From: an uncultured Anaerolineaceae bacterium
GTDB taxonomy: Bacteria > Chloroflexota > Anaerolineae > Aggregatilineales > Phototrophicaceae
Assembly: GCA_964548765.1 (NCBI GenBank)
Contig: CAZJSU010000003.1
Coordinates: 31,965 to 95,964, forward strand
DNA: 64,000 nt
Direction of reading: 5' to 3'
Under the pieces are notes generated by a model. The model was given only the letters and a program-made list of their open reading frames with translations. It had not been told where the DNA came from and ran no database searches. Made by a program: the position numbers and the translations under genes. The number at the start of each line of letters is the position of its first letter. Position 1 is the stretch's first letter. Shown piece by piece: positions 28,684 through 36,891 of the stretch.

Positions 28684-28687
28684 GCGC

Positions 28688-29146
28688 CTAGACCTCCATC
28701 ACCCATGTATGGCGGAAAGCGCAGCCGTGATAGACCACCGCGCCATGCGTGAACGTCCCCGGCTCCACGCTCACCCGCGCGGGTTCGAGCAGTTCGCCGC
28801 CCAGCATCACATCGTCCCCCAGCGCGGCGAAGTATTCGTCTATCAGGTCAATCATCCCCGGCAGATGCGAGCGCATCCCCGCGCCGCCGCTCACCGGGGC
28901 GACCAGCAGCAGATGCGTGAGCGTGTAGGTGACGGTGCGCGCGCCCTGACTGAAGGCGATGGCCTGAAAGCCGTGGCCGCGCTCGCGGAACAGCGCGTCC
29001 TCCTGTGTCTCGCCGGGCAGCACCAGCAGCGCCGGAAGCTGCGCCCGGCTCAGTTCGTCCGGCACAGCGTCGAGGTCGTAGTTGTGGCTGACCCCCGGCA
29101 CGACAAGCGCGGCCAGGTTCGCCAGTGCGGTACGGAATAGGGGCAT
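28688..29146 (-). CDS. Hypothetical phage-associated protein.
   Basis: 152-aa ORF that is 4 nt from the downstream gene. Confidence 0.45.
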   Translation of the reverse strand: MPLFRTALANLAALVVPGVSHNYDLDAVPDELSRAQLPALLVLPGETQEDALFRERGHGFQAIAFSQGARTVTYTLTHLLLVAPVSGGAGMRSHLPGMIDLIDEYFAALGDDVMLGGELLEPARVSVEPGTFTHGAVVYHGCAFRHTWVMEV

Positions 29147-29239
29147 AAGAAACTCCTTTCGCTGACTCTCTTGACAAACACGACCAAGACTAATATAGTT
29201 AGTCTACACATGAATTGTATCAGTCTTCGAGGTAAAAAA

Positions 29240-29635
29240 ATGGCAGCAACACCCTCTCAAACCATGACACAGGCACACGGAACCAGCCTGCCACGTCTAC
29301 TGCTCAGCCTTGAAGGGCTGGCGGTGCTGGTAGGCGCGGTGGCACTTTACAGCCAGCAAAGCGGCGCATGGGTCGCCTTTCTGCTGCTGCTGTTCACGCC
29401 CGATCTCGGGATGCTCGGCTATCTGGCGAACCCGCGCACGGGCGCGGCGGTGTACAACATCGTCCACACCTACGCACTGCCGATCACGCTGGCGCTGGTC
29501 GCGCTGGCGGCGGGCTGGCATACCGGGGTGTCGCTGGCGCTCGTCTGGGCCGCGCATATCGGCATGGATCGCACGCTCGGTTACGGGCTGAAGTACGCCA
29601 GCGGCTTTAAAGACACGCATTTTCAACGGGTGTAA
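29240..29635 (+). CDS. Small multi-TM membrane protein (DUF4260-like).
   Basis: Four hydrophobic helices. It is 2 nt upstream of the TetR gene. Confidence 0.5.
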   Translation: MAATPSQTMTQAHGTSLPRLLLSLEGLAVLVGAVALYSQQSGAWVAFLLLLFTPDLGMLGYLANPRTGAAVYNIVHTYALPITLALVALAAGWHTGVSLALVWAAHIGMDRTLGYGLKYASGFKDTHFQRV

Positions 29636-29637
29636 TC

Positions 29638-30204
29638 ATGAGTCCCTTTCCGGCGAAAATTAACCGTGAGGCTGTGGTACAGGCCGCTGTTGACCTGATC
29701 GAAGCCGAGGGCGTAGAGCAGCTTTCGGTGAACACTCTGGCGAAGTGTTTAGGGGTCAAAACGCCGTCCCTCTATCGCTACGTCGCCAACAAGACCGACC
29801 TGCTGCGCGCGGTCAACGAGGCGACCTTTACCGCCCTGTTCGCAGCGCTGGCTCCAGCGCTGCAAGCGCCCGGCGACGCGCACACGCGCGCGATGGCCGT
29901 CGCCCGTGCCTACCGCGCCTACGCCCACGCGCACCCGGTGGCTTACGGGCTGGCCTATACCAACACCATCCCCGAAATACGCCCCAACAGCAGCGCGCTG
30001 GAACAGGCCGTGCTGCCTTATCAGGCACTCATGGCTGAACTGAGCGGTGAGGAAGCGGCGTTAACCGCGCTGCGTGGGCTGCTGGCGCTGATTCACGGCT
30101 TCATCATGCTGGAACTGGCCGGGCAGCTTCGCCGGGGTGGCGACCTGGGCGCGGCGTTCACCGCCTCGGTGGAGGCGTACCTGAGAGGCTGGGAAACCCC
30201 CTAA
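29638..30204 (+). CDS. TetR/AcrR-family transcriptional regulator.
   Basis: N-terminal HTH LSVNTLAKCLGVKTPSLYRYVANKTDLL. Confidence 0.8.
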   Translation: MSPFPAKINREAVVQAAVDLIEAEGVEQLSVNTLAKCLGVKTPSLYRYVANKTDLLRAVNEATFTALFAALAPALQAPGDAHTRAMAVARAYRAYAHAHPVAYGLAYTNTIPEIRPNSSALEQAVLPYQALMAELSGEEAALTALRGLLALIHGFIMLELAGQLRRGGDLGAAFTASVEAYLRGWETP

Positions 30205-31013
30205 CTGCTGACTCCTTCCCGTCGCAGCCCGGCCAGCGCCCCGGTCAGCGACGACGGCGCGGCGCTGAAGGCACGGTTATCCGGCTCTTTATAAAGCCAC
30301 TGCGCCCAGCGCAGGCAGAGCATCTCCACATCCAGCGGCGGCTGGTAAATTTCGACCGCTGCCCCTTGCTCATGGGCGGCGGCGGTTGTGCCATTCACCC
30401 CGCGCAGCACCGTGAGGCTGTTACTGTCCGTGTTGACCGCCAGCACGTGCAGGTATTCATCCTCGATCCGCAGCAGATGGCCGACCTGAAAGCGCGGCGC
30501 TTCGCCCTGCGCGTCGCTGCCGCCCGCGTCATTCACGGTCAGCGTGGCGCTGCTGCTGCCAAGCGGGGTGTTCTGCACCGTGTCGCCGCTGGCGTACCAT
30601 GCCTGCGACCAGCGCTCGTGCCAGCCCCACACCCCCGCCACACTGACCGCGCTCATCGGCGTATCGCCCCACACAAAAGCCGCCCCGCCCGTAAGCTGAA
30701 GCAGGCTGATGATGCCGTCCGGCGTGCCTTCCGGCAGCGTCAGCACCGCGCTCAGGTCAAGGCTGCTGCCGTCGCCGTTGGTCAGCGCGACCAGTTCCAG
30801 CAGGTCGTCGTCCAGCAGCAGTTCTGTCGGGTAGCGCGGGTTCACGCTGTGGCGAATCGTCGCGCGGCGCGGCTGGAAGCGCCGGTTTGCGGCGGCCTCA
30901 ATCTGCGCGCTGGCGGCTTCCAGCGCGGCCAGCAGGCGCACGTCCTCGGCAGTGTCGCCATCCCCCAGCCCAAGCCGCTGGCGTAAATGATGTAACGTGG
31001 CAATGGTGTACAT
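30201..31013 (-). CDS. Protein with an N-terminal gp6-like head-tail connector/adaptor domain fused to a ~200-aa C-terminal extension.
   Basis: The N-terminus MYTIATLHHLRQRLGLGDGDTAEDVRLLAALEAASAQIEAAANRRF matches the Phage_connect_1 pattern. GGGAGG SD. Confidence 0.45.
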   Translation of the reverse strand: MYTIATLHHLRQRLGLGDGDTAEDVRLLAALEAASAQIEAAANRRFQPRRATIRHSVNPRYPTELLLDDDLLELVALTNGDGSSLDLSAVLTLPEGTPDGIISLLQLTGGAAFVWGDTPMSAVSVAGVWGWHERWSQAWYASGDTVQNTPLGSSSATLTVNDAGGSDAQGEAPRFQVGHLLRIEDEYLHVLAVNTDSNSLTVLRGVNGTTAAAHEQGAAVEIYQPPLDVEMLCLRWAQWLYKEPDNRAFSAAPSSLTGALAGLRREGVSS

Positions 31014-31207
31014 GATCTTTCCTCCCTGGCAATGAACTGTTAGCGTTTAGCGATTAACATCAGAGACTCAAACTTCGAACCGTCAAGTGCGGAGTGCCCA
31101 GAGAAATTTTTGATAAAACCTTTGCGTCCTTTGTCCCTTTGCGTCTTTGCGTTGAGTTTTTCGCTTCCCAGTTTTGAACACTCCCCGCCGCTGTCCCGTA
31201 GTAAGGG

Positions 31208-31876
31208 GTGTATGAGGGAGATAAAGCCGTAATGATCGCCATTCAGGAAGCGCCTATGACCGAAGACAGCCCCGCAGCGCTGATGCACCTCAGTGAAGCC
31301 GTGCTGCTGGAACGGGCGCAGGCGGGTGACGACGAGGCCTATGGCGCGCTGGCGCTGAAGCTGGATATGCCTGTCCGCCGCTTCATCCGCCGTTTGATCG
31401 GCACCAGTGACGCAGAGGACGACATCGTGCAGGACGTGTTCATCAAACTGCACCGCAAACTCCAGCGCATTCAGCCAGAGCAGGGTGTACGGCCTTATCT
31501 CTACCGGATGGTGCGTAACCGCACCTACGACGAGCTGCGAAAGATCGGGCGTTACGAGGTGGTGTCGCTGGACGAAGAGCCAGTCGAAGCCTATGCCTCC
31601 TTCCGTGAACTGCCCGACGACGGCGAGCCACCCGACGAAACCGCGCACTGGCTGCTCATTCAGCTAGAGGTGCGCGAGGCGATGGAACGGCTGCCAGAAT
31701 TGCAGCGGCAGGCGCTCATCCTCTACTCTGAGGAAGGGCTGACCTACAACGAAATCGCGGAAGTGATGGAAACCAGTATCGGCACCATCAAGTCACGGTT
31801 GTTCCACGCCAAGCAGAACCTGCGGCGCTTGCTGCGGCCAGAGACGTTACAGGCACTGGATGCCGAGTTTGCCTAA
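31208..31876 (+). CDS. ECF sigma-70 family factor. Alternative starts lie at 31232 and 31256.
   Basis: Region 2 (DIVQDVFIKLHRKLQRIQPEQGVRPYLYRMVRNRTYDELRK) and region 4 (LILYSEEGLTYNEIAEVMETSIGTIKSRLFHAKQNLRRLL). Confidence 0.75.
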   Translation: MYEGDKAVMIAIQEAPMTEDSPAALMHLSEAVLLERAQAGDDEAYGALALKLDMPVRRFIRRLIGTSDAEDDIVQDVFIKLHRKLQRIQPEQGVRPYLYRMVRNRTYDELRKIGRYEVVSLDEEPVEAYASFRELPDDGEPPDETAHWLLIQLEVREAMERLPELQRQALILYSEEGLTYNEIAEVMETSIGTIKSRLFHAKQNLRRLLRPETLQALDAEFA

Positions 31877-31885
31877 AGAGAGGGC

Positions 31886-32128
31886 ATGATGTTCAAACAA
31901 TACGAGAACCTCAGTTATGAATTAGCCGAACACCGCCGCGAGGCGTTGGAAGAAGCCGCCAAACAGCGCTTTCTGGCTGCCAGCGGCTTCTACACACAGC
32001 ATTTATACCAGCGCCTGCTGGCGGGCATGGGCGCGGCGCTGGTCAGGGTCGGCACACGCTTACAGCAGCCGCCCCGCCGCGCTCAGGCAGTGCCGTTCTA
32101 CCGCCCGGAAATGGGCAGGATGGGCTAG
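31886..32128 (+). CDS. Small hypothetical protein immediately downstream of the ECF sigma, candidate cognate anti-sigma.
   Basis: 80 aa with SD AGAGAGGG. Assignment is by position only. Confidence 0.35.
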   Translation: MMFKQYENLSYELAEHRREALEEAAKQRFLAASGFYTQHLYQRLLAGMGAALVRVGTRLQQPPRRAQAVPFYRPEMGRMG

Positions 32129-32262
32129 GTTGTGTTGATGTCGTAGGGACGCGCAGCAGCGCGTCCGCGACCGGAAACACCATCCAGACACAGAACGCCA
32201 ACAGCACCTGACCGCAATCATGACATCGTGAATCAACATAAACATCACAAGGAACCGACAAG

Positions 32263-33513
32263 ATGGACGAAAACACACACGACAAAATCAGGCAGTTACT
32301 CGCAGCGCTGCAGGCGCTGGAAAAATCGGTCAGAAGCGCGCTGAAGGAAGGCACCTTTCACGGCACAGGCGACATGGCTGTGCGCGGTTATCAGGGGCTT
32401 CATGCGCGGGCTGCCGAAATCCTGCCCGACGACTTTTACGTGACCGAATCACTGCGGCTTGATGCGCCCGCCGAGGCCGACGACCAGAAGCTGGCGCAGG
32501 TGCAGTTAGCCGTCAGCCAGCTCATCAGCTATCTGGAAACGCAGGCGCGCCCGGCGAGGGGCGGTGTCCGCGTGGAGAGCGGCGACTTTGGCCGCGACCT
32601 GGAAGACCTGAAAGACCTCAGCCGTTCGCTGCGCGATCGCATCCTGGCGCAGACCAAGGACACCATCCGCCGCGCGATGGCCGATATTGAGATCAACGTC
32701 GAGTCCGACTGGGGCGGCAAGCACAAGCGCAAGCGCAAAATCCACCTCAGTTCCGACGATGACGATTACATCGGCGCAGACCTGAGCGGCCAGGACCTAC
32801 GCGAACGCGACTTTTCCGATCAGGACATGACCGATGCCAACCTCAGCGGCGCGGTGCTGCAAGGGGCGAACTTCGGCAACGCGGTGCTGATCCATGCCAA
32901 CCTGAGCGGCACGAACCTGCGCGAGACAAACTTTGAGGATGCTGATCTGACGCAGGCCAACCTGAGCGGCGCAAATATGTTTGGCGCAAATCTGGAGGAT
33001 GCCGTGCTGGTACAGGCCAACCTCAGCGGCGCGGGGTTGCAGGAGGTCAATCTGGAAGATGCCGACCTGACCGGGGCCAACATGAGCGGCACGAACCTGC
33101 AAAGCGCCAACCTCAGCGACGCGGTGCTGACGCACACCAACCTGACCGGCGCGAACCTGCACGATGCCAACCTGCGCGATGCTGACCTGAGCGAGACCGA
33201 CCTGCGCGCCGTCAACCTGCACAGCGCCAACCTGCGCGATGCCAACCTGACCGGCGCGAACCTGCGCGATGCCAACCTGCACGATGCCAACTTCCGGGAT
33301 ACCAATCTGGAAGGCGCGATCCTGCCGGATGGCTCGCCCTACCGTCACGGCGACGACCTCAGCCGCTTTCATGTCAGCCGGGGGCCGGGGGCCAAAGGCA
33401 AGCGCGGCTTCCACTTTGGCGTGCCGCCTGTCCCACCCGCGCCGCCAGAACCGCCCGTCCCGCCCACGCCGCGCCATCACCCCGACCATCCGTGGGAAGA
33501 GGGCGAAGGCTAA
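32263..33513 (+). CDS. Pentapeptide-repeat protein with an N-terminal coiled-coil and a Pro-rich C-terminus.
   Basis: About 40 consecutive A(D/N)LSG-type pentapeptide units (ANLSGAVLQGANFGNAVLIHANLSGTNL...). Confidence 0.85.
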   Translation: MDENTHDKIRQLLAALQALEKSVRSALKEGTFHGTGDMAVRGYQGLHARAAEILPDDFYVTESLRLDAPAEADDQKLAQVQLAVSQLISYLETQARPARGGVRVESGDFGRDLEDLKDLSRSLRDRILAQTKDTIRRAMADIEINVESDWGGKHKRKRKIHLSSDDDDYIGADLSGQDLRERDFSDQDMTDANLSGAVLQGANFGNAVLIHANLSGTNLRETNFEDADLTQANLSGANMFGANLEDAVLVQANLSGAGLQEVNLEDADLTGANMSGTNLQSANLSDAVLTHTNLTGANLHDANLRDADLSETDLRAVNLHSANLRDANLTGANLRDANLHDANFRDTNLEGAILPDGSPYRHGDDLSRFHVSRGPGAKGKRGFHFGVPPVPPAPPEPPVPPTPRHHPDHPWEEGEG

Positions 33514-33852
33514 CCGGAAAGAGAGCGCCCTTAAAACCCCTCCTTGCACAGCGGGGAGGGGCTTGGGGTGGGGTTTCGACTGCCTCACGCACCGTCCACG
33601 CGCGGTATCCCTGTTCTGGCGCAGACGCGGGCAGTCATGTAGGCAACTGGCCTCGGCTGCCGTTCGCCCGTGAGCGCGGCGGCCTACTACCTCGTCACCA
33701 TTGTCATGTCAGGCGGTTTACAAACCCACCCTTACAGCTAACGCTGGTGTTGGCGAATACATTTTCGTAGGGGCGAAGCACCGCTTCGCCCAGGGCTTGC
33801 CCCTACGGATATGATCGTTTTATGCGTTCACCAACAGCATCCCTGACAGCCT

Positions 33853-35151
33853 CTACGCGAAGTCCACCAGCACCCCACTCTGCTGTACCCCATGCCACGC
33901 TAAGGCACAGGCGATCACGCAGTCATCATGCATCCCCGGCGGCGCACCGTAGCGATAACCCCCGCCCGCCAGCCGTTCCATCTCATACGCCGCCATCTCG
34001 CCCAGCAGCGTGTCGTCCGGCAGCAGCGCGATCTCGCCGCGCTCCACCGCCAGCGCCAGCGCTTCGATCAACGGCGCTTTGCTTTTGGCGGTGGTCTGGA
34101 AGGCGCGCACGGGCAGCCCCTCGGCCTGCAGCGCTTCGATGTTCGGCCCGCCGATGCTGTTCGACTCCGCCCAGATAACGGCGGGTTGCCACTGATCGCA
34201 CAGCGCTTTGATGCGCCCGCGCTGTAACGACCAGTTCACCTGTGTAAACCTGTCCAGCGCGACCATCTGGCCGTTCTCCGCGTCCATGATGACCAGCACC
34301 GTCGAGTCAAATTCACGCCCCCAGTCCAGCCCGCCCACATAACGCCGCCCGGCGACAGGCCGCGCGTCTGGCGGCGCGGTGGCCGCCGCGTGGATGCCCC
34401 GGAAAACCTGCCCGGCATCGTCCATAAATTCCGCCAGATACTCCTCGCGGAACACGCGCTCCGGCGTTACCCGGCGAATCTCGTCCAGTTCTTCCGCCGC
34501 GATGAGCGGGTTGTCGTAGGACATGAAGTGAAACGAGCGCCATTCCCGGTGGCGGCGATCCAGCCCCATCTGGTACATCTCCCAGAACCAGTTGCGCCCG
34601 TAAGGCGTACTGAGGAACAGCGCCCTGCCACGTCGTTCCAGCAGCATCGGGCGCACCACCTGCGGCCACACGCTTTCGTCCATAAAGGCCGCTTCGTCCA
34701 GCACGGCCATGTCCAGCCCAGCGCCGCGCAGGTAGTCAACAGCATGGGTGCTGCGAATCGCCAGCATCCCGCCCTCCGGCCAGTCCATCCGCCGTTCGGC
34801 TTCACTGATCTTCAGCCCTTCGACGTTACGGCACATCGCCTTCAGGTCGCGCCATACCTGGCTCGCCATCTGGTAGGTGGGCGACAGCCACCAGCACAAC
34901 CCGCCCCTCGAAGCGGCCAGCACCAGCGCGGTCTTGCCCAGTTCGGTCTTGCCGAAGCGCCGCCCACAGGCCACCACGCGGAAACGCGCCCTGCTACTCA
35001 GTATCGTCTTCTGCCCAGGGTGGAGTGCTGTGTATTGAACCGTCTGGATAGCGGAATTCGTGGCGGATGATCGTTTCTTCACTGGTCTCCTCTGGCAGCA
35101 AATCGCCCAGTTTGATGATCTTGTCGAGTAACTGGTTGAGCGCGTTGGCAC
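33853..35151 (-). CDS. terL: Phage terminase large subunit. The N-terminal boundary is uncertain; the ORF overlaps terS by ~158 nt.
   Basis: Walker A VVACGRRFGKTE, Walker B-like LDEAAFM, and a C-terminal nuclease-like region. Confidence 0.85.
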   Translation of the reverse strand: MPTRSTSYSTRSSNWAICCQRRPVKKRSSATNSAIQTVQYTALHPGQKTILSSRARFRVVACGRRFGKTELGKTALVLAASRGGLCWWLSPTYQMASQVWRDLKAMCRNVEGLKISEAERRMDWPEGGMLAIRSTHAVDYLRGAGLDMAVLDEAAFMDESVWPQVVRPMLLERRGRALFLSTPYGRNWFWEMYQMGLDRRHREWRSFHFMSYDNPLIAAEELDEIRRVTPERVFREEYLAEFMDDAGQVFRGIHAAATAPPDARPVAGRRYVGGLDWGREFDSTVLVIMDAENGQMVALDRFTQVNWSLQRGRIKALCDQWQPAVIWAESNSIGGPNIEALQAEGLPVRAFQTTAKSKAPLIEALALAVERGEIALLPDDTLLGEMAAYEMERLAGGGYRYGAPPGMHDDCVIACALAWHGVQQSGVLVDFA

Positions 35152-35473
35152 GCTGGCTCAGCGGCGCGTCGTTCACCACGTCCCGCAAGGACTCCACCAG
35201 CACCAGCGCGTTCTCCATCAACTGCTCCCGCAGCCGCAGCAGCGGGTCTTTTGCCGCCTGCTCATGCTGGCCGTTGGTGCGTTCGCGCAGCGTATCCACC
35301 CGCTGTTCCAGCCGCAGCAGCGCCTCCTCACCGGCTTTACGCGCCTGCGCCCAGCGCCGCAGCGTATCCGCCGGGATACCTGTTTCCGCGCTGGCGGCCT
35401 GTGCGTTCCCGCTGTGGTTATCCAGACAGGCCAGCGCCTTCTCTTTTTGTGTCTCGCTGTAGCGCTTCGCCAT
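34994..35473 (-). CDS. terS: Terminase small subunit-like HTH protein.
   Basis: 159 aa. The N-terminal HTH (ETGIPADTLRRWAQ) and its position directly upstream of terL support the call. Confidence 0.5.
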   Translation of the reverse strand: MAKRYSETQKEKALACLDNHSGNAQAASAETGIPADTLRRWAQARKAGEEALLRLEQRVDTLRERTNGQHEQAAKDPLLRLREQLMENALVLVESLRDVVNDAPLSQRANALNQLLDKIIKLGDLLPEETSEETIIRHEFRYPDGSIHSTPPWAEDDTE

Positions 35474-35756
35474 CGTTCCCTCCGTCCTGCATAGGCGCGT
35501 TGGGGCAGGCTCATCACCCGCCCCAACAAGTTGTGTACGCCGTACATCTCACCAGAAACACCCTACAGACTCACCCTCCGGCTAGGACGGTGCGCGTCCC
35601 CGTTTACATCCGGCCTCGCGCCCGTGCTGTGCGGTGTTTCCCAGTGATGAAATCATTTTAGCACAGAAGTTCTATAAAAAGGTGGACATATGTCCCTATT
35701 TTGGCGATCAGGGTGATTCGGGGCGCGGTTGTCGAATAGCGGAATATACGGTCCTG

Positions 35757-35783
35757 GTAGGGGCGCAGCGTGCTGCGCCCTAT
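35757..35783. repeat. GTAGGGGCGCAGCGTGCTGCGCCC palindromic repeat unit. The family also occurs at 5092, 48937, 51537, 24955, 33766 and 39656.
   Basis: Direct sequence comparison. Confidence 0.7.
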
Positions 35784-35844
35784 ATACGCTGCAATCCATT
35801 TACCAGATTTGAAGCCGTTACCTTGAGGCGAACGTGTGGGGCGC

Positions 35845-36081
35845 TTATGCGTCTTCCTCGTCCTCCACCTCGTCCAGAATGGTGATGCCGCGCGGGATGT
35901 TCGGCTCGCGGCGGATGAGTTCCTGTTTTTCCAGCTTGTCCAGATAGCGGATCACGTTGGTGCGGCTGATGAGGCAGTGATCCGCGATATTGCGGATGCT
36001 GGGCGGGAAGCCGTGTGCCTTCTTGTAGGCACGTATAAATTGATAGACCTCTTCGGCAACCTGCTCAGTCCAACGGCTCAT
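35845..36081 (-). CDS. Standalone LexA-type winged-helix DNA-binding domain protein with no S24 peptidase domain.
   Basis: 78 aa. The pattern EEVYQFIRAYKKAHGFPPSIRNIADHCLISRTNVIRYLDKLEKQELIRREPNIPRGITIL matches the LexA N-terminal domain. Acidic tail. Confidence 0.6.
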   Translation of the reverse strand: MSRWTEQVAEEVYQFIRAYKKAHGFPPSIRNIADHCLISRTNVIRYLDKLEKQELIRREPNIPRGITILDEVEDEEDA

Positions 36082-36112
36082 TCTGCCTCACTTGTAACAA
36101 AATCCAAACACG

Positions 36113-36133
36113 GGTTCTCATCATAGCACAGAA
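36113..36133. promoter_or_regulatory. Inverted repeat GTTCT-N11-AGAAC, 32-52 bp upstream of the LexA-DBD gene. Candidate operator.
   Basis: gttctcatcatagcacagaac, followed by the direct repeats cagaacagaaca. Confidence 0.3.
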
Positions 36134-36307
36134 CAGAACACAATTTCTATTCCCATGCGGTACGGGTTCGGTTGGAATGGGGTTGTTTCTGACGTGGTAT
36201 ATTGGCCCGATCCATTAAGGCCATCCCCCAAAGTTTAGGTCATTTACACATCTGACTTGCTTTATACTATAAGCAATCTGTACGTTTAACACGCTGACGA
36301 GGCGGGG

Positions 36308-36865
36308 ATGGAACTGATATTTCTGGCGATTATGCTGTTCGGGGTGCTTTACCTGCTGCTGATGATTTTCAGCGGCTTGGGGCATGTGCTGGACTTCGGG
36401 CTGGATGGCGTGCTGGAAGGCACCGGCGTTGATGCCCTTTTCGGCCTCGACACGGCGGATGCCGATGAGATCAGCGGGGTAGGATGCAGCATCATCGCGG
36501 CGTTTCTGGCCGGGTTTGGCGCGGTCGGGCTGACCGGGTCGCTGCTGAACTGGAGCCTGCCGCTGATTATCATCATGGCGCTGCTTTTCGGCGTGTTGGT
36601 CGGGCGGTTGGGGCTGCGCGCCCTGCGCTTTGTCTATGCCCAGCAGTCCACCGCCGTCTACTCCGCGCAGACTCTCGTCGGCCTCAGCGCGCGCATCACC
36701 ATTGACAGCCCTGCCGGGAAAACCGGCGAAGCGCTCGTCGAAAGCGGGCAAATCCTCAAGTACCCGGTCAAGGAAGTCAGCGGCGCGGCGCTCAAGCGTG
36801 GCGACACGGTAGAAGTGGTAGATGTGCAGGGGCGCTTCCTGCATGTAAAGAAGAAGCGCGTTTAA
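36308..36865 (+). CDS. NfeD-family membrane protein (TM region plus C-terminal OB-fold).
   Basis: The hydrophobic N-terminal half and the operon with a flotillin/SPFH gene support the call. Confidence 0.7.
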   Translation: MELIFLAIMLFGVLYLLLMIFSGLGHVLDFGLDGVLEGTGVDALFGLDTADADEISGVGCSIIAAFLAGFGAVGLTGSLLNWSLPLIIIMALLFGVLVGRLGLRALRFVYAQQSTAVYSAQTLVGLSARITIDSPAGKTGEALVESGQILKYPVKEVSGAALKRGDTVEVVDVQGRFLHVKKKRV

Positions 36866-36891
36866 GGTTATCGCATAAGGGGAGAAACTTT

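Larger units (their letters stand above)
25700..36100. mobile_element. Degenerate phage-derived island (cryptic prophage remnant). It carries holin-like, tail-like, gp6-like connector, TerS and TerL genes and a LexA-DBD repressor, interleaved with non-phage regulators. No capsid, portal or integrase gene is visible.
   Basis: Assignment rests on gene content. The boundaries are approximate and no att site or tRNA was identified. Confidence 0.5.
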
